In this document: one piece after another, positions 9,452 through 18,112 of the stretch | Layout: the number at the start of each line of letters is the position of its first letter | Numbering within the stretch: position 1 is the stretch's first letter | Assembly (NCBI GenBank): GCA_022868165.1 | Contig: JALHYA010000017.1 | Span: forward strand, 11,634 to 75,633 | Direction of reading: 5' to 3' | Origin: Patescibacteria group bacterium | GTDB lineage: Bacteria; Patescibacteriota; Microgenomatia; UBA8517 | DNA: 64,000 bases | Notes under the pieces: model-generated | Seen by the model: the letters and a program-made list of their open reading frames with translations, nothing else | What the model was told of the DNA's origin: nothing | The model's database searches: none | Translations under genes and position numbers: made by a program

Positions 9452-9914
9452 TTAATAACTCGTCCGCAACTTTTTTTATTACCGGCCTTAAATTTTCCTT
9501 CTCCACTTCGCTAAAATCCTGCAAAACATACTCCTCTCCCGGAATTCTGTTGTCCGGACCGCGGTCATCGACACCGATTCTAACCCTCCAAAAATCATCG
9601 GTGCCCAACAGCCGCTCTATAGAATTTACTCCGTTATGAAGTTTTGGACCCTTACCTTTTTGGATTTTATAGCTTCCCAAAGGAATATCCAAATCATCAT
9701 GAATAACCCATAAATCTGACGGATTTATACGATATTGTTCAACTAATTTCTTCACATAAGCCCCCGACTCGTTCATAAAAGTTATTGTCTTTCTGACTAT
9801 TACTCCGGGAGGAAGAACTCTGGTAAGAAGTTCATCTACTACTATGTAACCAACGTTATGCCGATTATTTTTATATTTTTCTTCGGGATTTCCCAAACCA
9901 ATGATAAGTTTCAT
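9441..9914 (-). CDS. pth: peptidyl-tRNA hydrolase
   Basis: MKLIIGLGNPEEKYKNNRHNVGY is the canonical Pth N-terminus. The internal Met at 9914 avoids overlap with pcm; the maximal ORF runs to 9992. Confidence 0.88.
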   Translation of the reverse strand: MKLIIGLGNPEEKYKNNRHNVGYIVVDELLTRVLPPGVIVRKTITFMNESGAYVKKLVEQYRINPSDLWVIHDDLDIPLGSYKIQKGKGPKLHNGVNSIERLLGTDDFWRVRIGVDDRGPDNRIPGEEYVLQDFSEVEKENLRPVIKKVADELLNAK

Positions 9915-9930
9915 AATCCCAATTGTAACA

Positions 9931-10572
9931 TTAGTTACTTTCGACGAAGGGCACAAAGGAAAAGATTCCGTACTGCTTTTTTGTGACTCCAAATTTGCTT
10001 TTTTTGTACTTCGTCATAGATTTACTCTCTCCCTCTCCAACCGGAGCGACCAAAATCCCTCCAATCTTAAGCTGGTCAAAAAGACCTTTTGGGACTTGCT
10101 CCATACCCGCGGTAACAAGAATCGCGTCAAACGGCGCATGCGCCTTCCACCCGAATTCTCCCTGTCCCACGCTTACCTTTACATTTTTTATCTGAAGTTC
10201 TTTTAGTGCCTTTTCGGCACTTCTCGCTAGCTCCGGAATTCTCTCAAGTGAATAAACTTCTTTTGCAAGGCGGGAAAGAACGGCTGCTTGATATCCGGAG
10301 CCGGTGCCTATTTCCAATACCTTTTCTTTTCCTTTAAGTCCAAGAAGGTTAGTCATAAAAGCCACGGTGTAAGGCTGGGAAATTGTTTGGCCGAAACCTA
10401 TCGGAAGAGCGGCATCGGAATATGCCAAATATCTTCTACCTTTGGGAACGAAGAGCTCCCGAGGTATTTTAAGCATTGCCTTAAACACCTTGGGAGCATT
10501 CAGTCCATAAGCGGACCTGATTTCTTCTATCATCCCCTTTCGAGGATTCATAAGATTAAGCCTTCTTTGCAA
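9931..10572 (-). CDS. pcm: protein-L-isoaspartate O-methyltransferase
   Basis: SAM motif VLEIGTGSGYQAAVL, GQTISQPY substrate motif, about 210 aa. Confidence 0.88.
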   Translation of the reverse strand: MQRRLNLMNPRKGMIEEIRSAYGLNAPKVFKAMLKIPRELFVPKGRRYLAYSDAALPIGFGQTISQPYTVAFMTNLLGLKGKEKVLEIGTGSGYQAAVLSRLAKEVYSLERIPELARSAEKALKELQIKNVKVSVGQGEFGWKAHAPFDAILVTAGMEQVPKGLFDQLKIGGILVAPVGEGESKSMTKYKKSKFGVTKKQYGIFSFVPFVESN

Positions 10573-10882
10573 ATTTTCTAGCGAATTTGCCGAAGAAAGG
10601 CACTTCCCACTCTTCTCCCTGCCAGGCTTTATAAATAAGCACCAGCCAGAGAATGAAACTTAGAATTCCCACAATAGGAACCAGGGGCAAAAGAATTAGT
10701 GTAAGCCCCAATACCCACTGCAATATAAACAATCCTACAAAAACTACGATGGATTGCATCGCATGGAATTTAACGAATGGGTCCTTTTCGACAACCAAAA
10801 AGATTACACCCGTGATTGGTCCCAATACATAGGAAAGAGCACCTGCTGTTTCCTTTTTAAGTCCTGTTCCGTTTGCTGCCAT
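10556..10882 (-). CDS. DUF4870-like small membrane protein
   Basis: 108 aa. GALSYVLGPITGVIFLVVEKDPFVKFHAMQS matches the DUF4870 signature. 3 TM helices. Confidence 0.65.
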   Translation of the reverse strand: MAANGTGLKKETAGALSYVLGPITGVIFLVVEKDPFVKFHAMQSIVVFVGLFILQWVLGLTLILLPLVPIVGILSFILWLVLIYKAWQGEEWEVPFFGKFARKFAKKA

Positions 10883-10913
10883 AACTACTCACCTCCTTGC
10901 TCTATCTATCTTT

Positions 10914-12308
10914 TCAAAAAAGACTGCCCTGGTCAAGAGTCTGAGGCTCTTCTTCCTTATTTTCCTTCCAAATTTTCACTTTACCAAAGACGCCGTCATA
11001 ACCGGGTTCAATTGCTATATCCCCGTTTCTAACTAATGAGATTGCTTCCGAAATTCTCGGCCCGGCGATTGCACTTATTTCGTGAATATCCGTCTCGAGA
11101 AGAATTTTGAATTCATTTCCTAAAGAGTTAATCATCTGCTCATAACTAGCCTGAACTTTCTGGCTAGCAACGCCGGACTCCAAAGCTTCGGACAGAATTT
11201 CCAACAGAGGAACCATCATTACATAAGGCGTTCTCTTTTCCTCTTTATCTTTAATCCATCTCACTCCGAATTTATCGATTTCTCCCTTGGTTTCAATCTC
11301 AACCGAAGCCAGCTCCTCTACCCTGCTCATTACCCCAACCGTTAGCGGCTTTCCGCAAACGGGACAGGCGGTTCCAAGTTTTCTTGCATCGTTTGGCGAA
11401 TAAACAACCTTGCAGTTTCTATGACCGGTATAATGGTACTTCCCCTCTTCGGGATAAAACTCAATAGTGAAAGATATGTGAGGTTGGAGGCTAGAAACTC
11501 GAGTCGCTTCGCTCCGAAGTGAGAGTTTAGATTTCTCACTTCCAACTTCGATGTCCAGCTTCTCACCTCTATCTTCCCACTTCCCAACGATTGCCTTCCT
11601 TATATTCTCATAGCTAATTTCCGAAAGCTCAAAAGCAGTCGCTTCCCTCCCCATTTTTGCCGGAGAATGAGCATCCGAAAAAGAAACAATTCTTCGGCTG
11701 GATAGCTCCGCTATTCTCCAATTCATTGCCGGGTCACTGGAAAGTCCTGTTTCTATTGCGTAAATCTCCGGCGCGAGCTCCTCAAAACATTCATCAATCG
11801 AATCAAATCCCGAAATGCTTCCGAAAACCGAAAAGTACGGGGTCCAGGCGTGAGCGGGAATAATAAGACAGCGACTGTCAACTCCAAGTGCGACTTCGGC
11901 TACGTTTTTGGCAGTAAGTCCAATAATGGGCCTTCCGTCGGAAAGTAAATTTGCTCCCCTAAGTGTCAGTTCTTTATTTATTTTTTCGACCGTTTCAAAA
12001 TTCGGGGCAAAAACCAACGTGTGGATTCTTCGTCCCTTTCCTCCTTGAGAATAAATCGAGCTAATCTCCGTAGAAAGAAGAAACAAGGGCGAACCCTCTT
12101 CGGCGTCTTTTTGCTTGTAAACTCCTTCTCCGGCTTCAATCAAATTCGCACGAAGTTCCCTATACCAAATCGGGTGGGTCCAATCGCCGGTTGCAACCAA
12201 CTCTATTCCCTTTTTCTTCGCCCACTGGCTAATAACAGGAGGGGTCATTTGCTGAGAAACGGCACGGGAGAATCTGGAGTGAATTTGAAGATCGGCTATT
12301 ACCCTCAT
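10914..12308 (-). CDS. PHP-domain endonuclease Q-like protein (TIGR00375-like)
   Basis: N-terminal ADLQIHSRFSRAVS PHP motif. C-terminal zinc ribbon ACPVCGKPLTVGVMSRVEEL typical of EndoQ. The Met at 12308 (MRVIADLQIHS) is preferred over the maximal start at 12338. Confidence 0.72.
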   Translation of the reverse strand: MRVIADLQIHSRFSRAVSQQMTPPVISQWAKKKGIELVATGDWTHPIWYRELRANLIEAGEGVYKQKDAEEGSPLFLLSTEISSIYSQGGKGRRIHTLVFAPNFETVEKINKELTLRGANLLSDGRPIIGLTAKNVAEVALGVDSRCLIIPAHAWTPYFSVFGSISGFDSIDECFEELAPEIYAIETGLSSDPAMNWRIAELSSRRIVSFSDAHSPAKMGREATAFELSEISYENIRKAIVGKWEDRGEKLDIEVGSEKSKLSLRSEATRVSSLQPHISFTIEFYPEEGKYHYTGHRNCKVVYSPNDARKLGTACPVCGKPLTVGVMSRVEELASVEIETKGEIDKFGVRWIKDKEEKRTPYVMMVPLLEILSEALESGVASQKVQASYEQMINSLGNEFKILLETDIHEISAIAGPRISEAISLVRNGDIAIEPGYDGVFGKVKIWKENKEEEPQTLDQGSLF

Positions 12309-12352
12309 TGCATGCCGCGTTCTACACGGTGAGGGCATTGTAGCACAACTAA

Positions 12353-14086
12353 CTAAGAAGTAACTTTCTGCATCTCAAACAGTTTCTCGAGCTCAACAAA
12401 CGTTGTAACCTGGTCGGGGTTCTTCTCGTCCCTAAACCTGATAAGTCTTGGAAATCTTAAAGCAAGCCCAGCTGAGTGCAAGGGGCTTTTAGTAATTTCA
12501 TCGGCCAGAATTTCGACAACCAACGACGGCTTCGTCCAAATATCGGGAGTAAGATTTTTCGGAACTTCATATTCTTTAGGCTTCTGGGTAACTTCCAGTT
12601 TTCTGGCACGTTTGGCCAATTCTCTCCACTGTTCATCGGTTAGTCCCGTTCCGATTTTTGAAACCGTTTTAAACTCTCCTCCCGATTTTATTCCTACCAA
12701 AAATGCCCCGACGCCAAAGCCCGCCCTTTTTCCTCTCCCTTTATTTACTCCCATAACCAAGCAGTCTATTGTGTCGGCAACTCCTTCATCAGTATGTTTT
12801 TTGTATTTGACCCAATGATAACCTCTTGCACCGGCTTTATATGGCGCATCGATTTTTTTGATAACAGCTCCCTCAAGTCCCTCGGTAAGATATTTCTTAA
12901 TTAAATCGCGGATTTTATCGGGGTCGCTTACCAAATTCTGTCTGGTCAGCTCAACCACTCCGCCGTCTTTTGGCAAAGCATCTTCAAGGGTTTTTCTTCT
13001 TTGGTTAAAAGGCATATCTAAATAGCTTTTTCCGTCTTTAAATAAAATGTCAAAAAGATAAAGCCTTAATGGGAAATTCCTAGCCGCCTCCTCTATGCCG
13101 TGCTTTCTTTTTCTTTGAACGGTTTCTTGGAAAGGCAAAAATTTATCGGTTTTGGGATCATAACCGATTGCCTCTCCGTCAAAAATAGCGGAGGTAACTT
13201 TTATTTTTTTGGCCGCCTCGACTAAATCCGGAAACATGGCTGTTGTGTTTTCCAAATTTCTTGAAAAAATGCGTACCTTTTTCTCTTTTCCCTCATGCCA
13301 AATATGGACCTGGGCTCTAAACCCATCGTATTTAGGCTCAACATACACAGTCTTTCCAACCTTTTCCAAAATCTTTTCGGCTGAAGGAAGCCTTTCGCAG
13401 AGAGAAGCCCTTATCGGTGTTCCCGCTTCCGGTTCGACCTCAGATAAACCAACTAGACCCTTTTCTTTAACTCTTTTGGCAATTTTACCGATATCAACTG
13501 TGACATTGAAAGCGCTTTCGATTTCATGTCTGGCGCTCTTATCCCCTTTCGTCATGTACGAGAGGGCGTCTAGTATTGTCATGTCGGAAAAGCCAAGTCG
13601 AAGCTTGCCAACCGGGATTCTGGCTACGTATCGGGCGGATAATGGGGCAAGCTCGCCCAAAAGTTTTGCCATTTTGCTGACTTTTCTTTCCTGACTTCCC
13701 TCCCCGCCCTCGTCGGCAACTTCCATTAACTTTTCAAAAACTTCGCCGACGGCAAGGTTTATCCCACCGCTGGAGGCTAAATCGGAGGCAACGTTCCCCA
13801 AATCTCCCTCTTTTTTATATAAAAGTTTAATTTTATTAATATCCTCGTCGTAAGCTTGGGCGATAATTCTTAACATCATGCGCTCGGCAATATTAAGAAC
13901 AACGCCTTCGTAGTTGGGGGCAAGCTCGCCCAGTACCAAATAAACGATTTTATCTATTTCCCCGGCTGTGGATTTTTTAAATAAGTCCGCAAGAATCTGA
14001 GTAATTTCGTTTCTTGAAGAAGTTTTTTCCAGTTTTTGGAGATAAGCGGCAAGTTCCGAAAATTTCATACCCATATTATATCTCAT
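12353..14086 (-). CDS. ATP-dependent DNA ligase (archaeal/eukaryal Lig1-like, with DNA-binding domain)
   Basis: Adenylation motif I EPKYDGFRAQV. Later motifs FDGEAI, LYLFDIL and EGAVIK, plus an OB-fold C-terminus. The true start may be MKFSEL at 14068. Confidence 0.9.
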   Translation of the reverse strand: MRYNMGMKFSELAAYLQKLEKTSSRNEITQILADLFKKSTAGEIDKIVYLVLGELAPNYEGVVLNIAERMMLRIIAQAYDEDINKIKLLYKKEGDLGNVASDLASSGGINLAVGEVFEKLMEVADEGGEGSQERKVSKMAKLLGELAPLSARYVARIPVGKLRLGFSDMTILDALSYMTKGDKSARHEIESAFNVTVDIGKIAKRVKEKGLVGLSEVEPEAGTPIRASLCERLPSAEKILEKVGKTVYVEPKYDGFRAQVHIWHEGKEKKVRIFSRNLENTTAMFPDLVEAAKKIKVTSAIFDGEAIGYDPKTDKFLPFQETVQRKRKHGIEEAARNFPLRLYLFDILFKDGKSYLDMPFNQRRKTLEDALPKDGGVVELTRQNLVSDPDKIRDLIKKYLTEGLEGAVIKKIDAPYKAGARGYHWVKYKKHTDEGVADTIDCLVMGVNKGRGKRAGFGVGAFLVGIKSGGEFKTVSKIGTGLTDEQWRELAKRARKLEVTQKPKEYEVPKNLTPDIWTKPSLVVEILADEITKSPLHSAGLALRFPRLIRFRDEKNPDQVTTFVELEKLFEMQKVTS

Positions 14087-14099
14087 CGCGAGCGCAAGG

Positions 14100-14303
14100 C
14101 TATACTTTTTGGCTCAAGTAAGTGGAGAAGAAAAAGTAGGCAATAATTACGGCTCCCAGAAAAATTATTCCAAAAAAAATGCTTATAAAACCGGCCATCT
14201 CTTTGTGGACCACCTTATTAAGCCCTTCGCCAACAAGCACAAATCCGAATAAAACGGGAAGGACCAAAATCATATAAAGAAATTGCGGGTCGGAAGGTTT
14301 CAT
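14100..14303 (-). CDS. small two-TM membrane protein
   Basis: 67 aa, two hydrophobic helices. Its start abuts the fic stop (14303/14304). Confidence 0.45.
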   Translation of the reverse strand: MKPSDPQFLYMILVLPVLFGFVLVGEGLNKVVHKEMAGFISIFFGIIFLGAVIIAYFFFSTYLSQKV

Positions 14304-15368
14304 CTATTTATTGGCAATCACATACTTTGATGCTTTTGTGCTTCCTTCTTTTTTGATAATCCCCTTGTCCAAGGCGTCTTTTAAATCTCTCAAAATCGTA
14401 TCTTCCGAAACCATAGGCAAAACTTTTGTTAGCTCCTGCATATTGGCCGAGCCTTGGTCGGAAATGTATTCGATGAGCCTCATTTGTCTCTCGGTAAGTG
14501 CAATCTGCTGACCGAATTTAACCTTGAGTCTCGTATCAATAGACAATTTGCGGACTTTTTCCTTAACCTTACTAAGCTCCACGGCCACAACTTCGGTAAA
14601 GTACTCAAGCCATGGTGTTAAATCCCTTAGGGCTATGTTTTTGCTTTGCCTGTCCACCCTGGCAAAGGCTTCGTAGTAAGCTGCCGGGTTTTCGTCAAAA
14701 CTTTCCTCCATAGAAAAGAAGCGTTTTATGTCATAGCCTTCACGAATAAGAAGAAGGGTGGTAAAAGCCCTGGCCGTTCTTCCGTTTCCTTCTACAAACG
14801 GGTGGATTGCGACCAAGGTGTAGTGCGCAATTCCGGCGCGAAGAATTGGATGCACTTCCATTGCTTCCGGAGAGTTAAGCCAAGCAAAGAAGTCGTCTAT
14901 AAGGTATGGAACTTCCACAAAAGGAGGCGGCTGAAAAATAATTTGCCCTGTCTCTTCTTCCTTTACAACAACCTCTGTTGTGCGAAAAACACCCGCTTTT
15001 TCATCGGGAATAATCTTAAACACCGTTTCTTTATGAATTTCCTTGAGCATTTCGACATCATATCCTCCCCTTTTAACACCCATGTCGTCCAAAAGTGTGA
15101 CAACGTTTCTGTAATTAATAACTTCCTGAATATCGCGGGCGTGTGCGTAAACCTCCTGCCCTTCCAAGACCTTTTTTGTTTGGACAAGTGTTAGGTCGTT
15201 TCCTTCGATATGGGTTCCATGATAAATCGTTCTGACAATTGCGTCCGACTGGAACTGTTTTTCGAAAGAAGGAACCAATGGGGCGTTTTCAATAACTTCC
15301 TTTGAAGCCTCAACCGCACCGATACTTTTTAAGATTTTACCGGAGATTACGTATTTTGGAGCGTACAT
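14304..15368 (-). CDS. Fic family protein with C-terminal winged-helix domain
   Basis: Fic motif HPFVEGNGRTARAF. N-terminal inhibitory-helix-like HGTHIEGN. C-terminal wHTH-like region (ILRDLKDALDKGIIKK). Confidence 0.88.
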   Translation of the reverse strand: MYAPKYVISGKILKSIGAVEASKEVIENAPLVPSFEKQFQSDAIVRTIYHGTHIEGNDLTLVQTKKVLEGQEVYAHARDIQEVINYRNVVTLLDDMGVKRGGYDVEMLKEIHKETVFKIIPDEKAGVFRTTEVVVKEEETGQIIFQPPPFVEVPYLIDDFFAWLNSPEAMEVHPILRAGIAHYTLVAIHPFVEGNGRTARAFTTLLLIREGYDIKRFFSMEESFDENPAAYYEAFARVDRQSKNIALRDLTPWLEYFTEVVAVELSKVKEKVRKLSIDTRLKVKFGQQIALTERQMRLIEYISDQGSANMQELTKVLPMVSEDTILRDLKDALDKGIIKKEGSTKASKYVIANK

Positions 15369-15377
15369 TTCCCCATT

Positions 15378-16220
15378 TTACGCAACTTTTGCGGAAAATA
15401 CAACAGGAACCGTATTCGCCAAATCGTCGGCGTTGTAGTTTGTGCCGGCTTTTTTGAATAGCTCATCCGCTGCCGCCTTTGTGAGATAAGACGATGCACA
15501 GGCGACCAAAAATGGCTCGTTTTTTGCCAAAAGGCCAATGGCCAACCCTGCCTGAACGTCCCCCGTTCCCCCTTTTGTAAGGCCGGCATTGCCGTTTGAT
15601 ATCTCAACACATTTTTCCGGAGAGCAAACCATTGTTGTGGGCCCTTTGAGAACAATTATGCAGTCATATTTCCTGGCCGCTTCCATCGGTTCCGTTTTTC
15701 CAAAAAGTATTTCGAATTCTTTTTGGTTAGGCGTAAGAATCGCATTTTTGGGAATCCAATTGGGATCCATTGTCTGCAGGCTCCCGGCATCAATTACCCA
15801 TTTCTTGTTAGGAAATTTCTTGAGTAAACTTTCTGTAATCTCTCTGCTTTTTTTGCCTTCTTCGTGACCGAAGTGTTCTCTTTTATCTTCCAGTGTCTTT
15901 TCGCTGCCAAATCGCATAAATCCCGGTCCAATCAGCACCGCGTCAGACTTTTTAATATATGCCTCTAGGTCTGTCCAGGGAGCCCAGATAAAAGAAAGGA
16001 GCCTCGATTTTATCTGCTCCGCGGTTCTACCGACCGAAGGTTCCGGAGAGGAAAAGAAAACCATATCGACAATTTTTGAGGCTACCTTTAACGATAGAAG
16101 GGGTGCGCCGTGGAACAAATTAGAACCGCCAATAATTGTAACCTGCCCGTTATCTTCTCCCGAAGAATTCTTGGCAGGTTTATATAAACGATTAAGCTCG
16201 GCGGGGTCGAATTGATTCAT
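15378..16220 (-). CDS. nnrD: NAD(P)H-hydrate dehydratase (YjeF C-terminal domain type)
   Basis: 280 aa carbohydrate-kinase fold. GGTGDVQAGL and VLKGPTT motifs typical of YjeF_C. Confidence 0.78.
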   Translation of the reverse strand: MNQFDPAELNRLYKPAKNSSGEDNGQVTIIGGSNLFHGAPLLSLKVASKIVDMVFFSSPEPSVGRTAEQIKSRLLSFIWAPWTDLEAYIKKSDAVLIGPGFMRFGSEKTLEDKREHFGHEEGKKSREITESLLKKFPNKKWVIDAGSLQTMDPNWIPKNAILTPNQKEFEILFGKTEPMEAARKYDCIIVLKGPTTMVCSPEKCVEISNGNAGLTKGGTGDVQAGLAIGLLAKNEPFLVACASSYLTKAAADELFKKAGTNYNADDLANTVPVVFSAKVA

Positions 16221-16549
16221 TTCTCTTCCTCTATTTTTGGAGGTTGGTCTTGCTGATTATCAATTACTCCCTTCATCCTCTCTTCGGCTGCATCTTCCGG
16301 ACTAACCGCCCCTTGCCAAGACTGAACTCTTTCCTCGTTTGTAGGCTGCACCAACGGCGAAGGTCTTTCTACTACCTTAGGCACCCTTCTCCAACCCTGT
16401 ATTTGTTGTGGTTTGTCGGGATTTTCCCTTATGGCTACCCAAGTAAACGGTTTGCCTTGATAAATTCCGTCCCTAGGTCTTTTTTGCTGCCAAGTTACTA
16501 AAGGAATCTCCTTTTTTCTTCTTTCTCCGTGGCTTTCCGTTTCCGTCAT
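16217..16549 (-). CDS. hypothetical protein (110 aa, charged)
   Basis: 4-nt overlap with the nnrD start. No motif recognised. Confidence 0.5.
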   Translation of the reverse strand: MTETESHGERRKKEIPLVTWQQKRPRDGIYQGKPFTWVAIRENPDKPQQIQGWRRVPKVVERPSPLVQPTNEERVQSWQGAVSPEDAAEERMKGVIDNQQDQPPKIEEEK

Positions 16550-16593
16550 GGCAATATTTTACTATTTTTTATGCAAAAGGGTATAATTGCGCC

Positions 16594-17079
16594 ATGAAAG
16601 ATAGGCTTACAGAAACTCCTTTGCCTTGGCACGAAGTAAATGCCCAACAATTTGTGGCTGACATTCGGGAAGAACTTATGGCAGACTTTCGGGACATACA
16701 AATAGATTTCTACGATTGGTCCCAATTAAGGCGCAGGAATTTGGAAGGCATTAGTAAAAAAGCCAGGCAAAAAGGAGACGAAAATTTGGCTACTGTATTT
16801 GAAAAGTTGGCCCAGGAAGCAAAAGAGGAGCAATCTTCTTCGGTACTAATTGAAATCGTGGGTAACAGCCGAGTAAGAATAAACGAGGCCTTATTTTCGT
16901 TATCAGAAATCGCCAAAAGAAATTTTGGAGTTTTGGACACCGAAAAAAGCAAGTCTCTCTATGTAAACCCGCCATATAAAGCCCTCAAAGAGGCCGGAAT
17001 AGGAGAAATCTTGGCGCCACGCTGGAAGTGCGAAATGGCTTATAAATTCACGGAAGAGAAATCTTCTCGAGCTTCTTAA
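16594..17079 (+). CDS. hypothetical protein (161 aa)
   Basis: ORF preceded by TATAAT (16582-16587) 6 nt from the ATG. Its 3' end overlaps the convergent recF by 32 nt. Confidence 0.55.
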   Translation: MKDRLTETPLPWHEVNAQQFVADIREELMADFRDIQIDFYDWSQLRRRNLEGISKKARQKGDENLATVFEKLAQEAKEEQSSSVLIEIVGNSRVRINEALFSLSEIAKRNFGVLDTEKSKSLYVNPPYKALKEAGIGEILAPRWKCEMAYKFTEEKSSRAS

Positions 17080-18109
17080 GTTTCTCTGTAAAATGCGGGT
17101 CCGCGGTAGTAATAATTGTCTGCTGACTATTTGACGTCTTCATCACTACTTCCCTGTGTGCATCGTCCAGCTCGGAGAAAATATCGTCCAAAAGAAGAGT
17201 CGGCCTTTCTCCTGATATATGCTCAATATATTCCAACTCCGCAATTTTTAGCCACAAAGTTCCCATCCTTTGCTCTCCACGACTCCCGAATCTGGACAAA
17301 TCACGCTTTTTTTCCGTAAAGAAACAAAAATCGTCCCGATGCGGTCCAACCAAGGTTGTCGCTGCCGCAACTTCTTCTTCCGTGTACTGCTCAAGTCTGG
17401 CCTCACTGATTGCACTTTTGTCGTACTCGAGCTCAAACTTCTGGGTATTCAAACCCTGTGTTGCGTTGGCAAAATCAATAAACTCCTGCCTTTTTAGAGA
17501 GATATAGTCGCCGTTTTTGACAAGCAATTTGTTCCAAAAAAGAAGTTGGCTTCTGGAAATTCCTTCTTCCCGAATTCTCAAAAGGAGCCTGTTGCGTTGT
17601 CTTAAGCCTTTTTCATAAGAGAGGCTGGCACGGCGATACTCACGGTCAACCTGTGAAATAACCGTGTCCATAAATCTTCTTCTGAGAGTTGGCGATTCGG
17701 TTACCAAATCCAGATCCCAAGGTCCGAAAAGAGTCACTCTAAAATTCCCCGCAAAATCAATTAGGCGCTTCCCTACTCCGTTAACGAGAAGCCTCTTCTT
17801 TGCAATTTTTTCCGGAGCGCTCTTTCCAATATCCAAAAACCCTCTTGTCAGTACTGTTTCCAAATCAACGACTGCCCCATCGGTCTTAACTCTCCCTTTA
17901 ACCCTCGCAAGATCGGCATCATAATTAACCATTTCTTCCTCAACCCTGGCATGGAAACTTTTTCCGGTCGAAAGAAGAAAGAGACTTTCCAAAATATTGG
18001 TTTTTCCGGAAGCATTCGGGCCAATAATTACGGTTGTCTTGGGAGAAAACTCAAAGAGTTTGGTCTTAAAATTACGGAAGTCATTTAGCCTAACCTTTTG
18101 TATTAACAT
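17048..18109 (-). CDS. recF: DNA replication/repair protein RecF
   Basis: Walker A GPNASGKTNILE, signature GSRGEQRM, Walker B LLLDDIFSELD. Confidence 0.9.
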   Translation of the reverse strand: MLIQKVRLNDFRNFKTKLFEFSPKTTVIIGPNASGKTNILESLFLLSTGKSFHARVEEEMVNYDADLARVKGRVKTDGAVVDLETVLTRGFLDIGKSAPEKIAKKRLLVNGVGKRLIDFAGNFRVTLFGPWDLDLVTESPTLRRRFMDTVISQVDREYRRASLSYEKGLRQRNRLLLRIREEGISRSQLLFWNKLLVKNGDYISLKRQEFIDFANATQGLNTQKFELEYDKSAISEARLEQYTEEEVAAATTLVGPHRDDFCFFTEKKRDLSRFGSRGEQRMGTLWLKIAELEYIEHISGERPTLLLDDIFSELDDAHREVVMKTSNSQQTIITTADPHFTEKLKKLEKISLP

Positions 18110-18112
18110 CGA

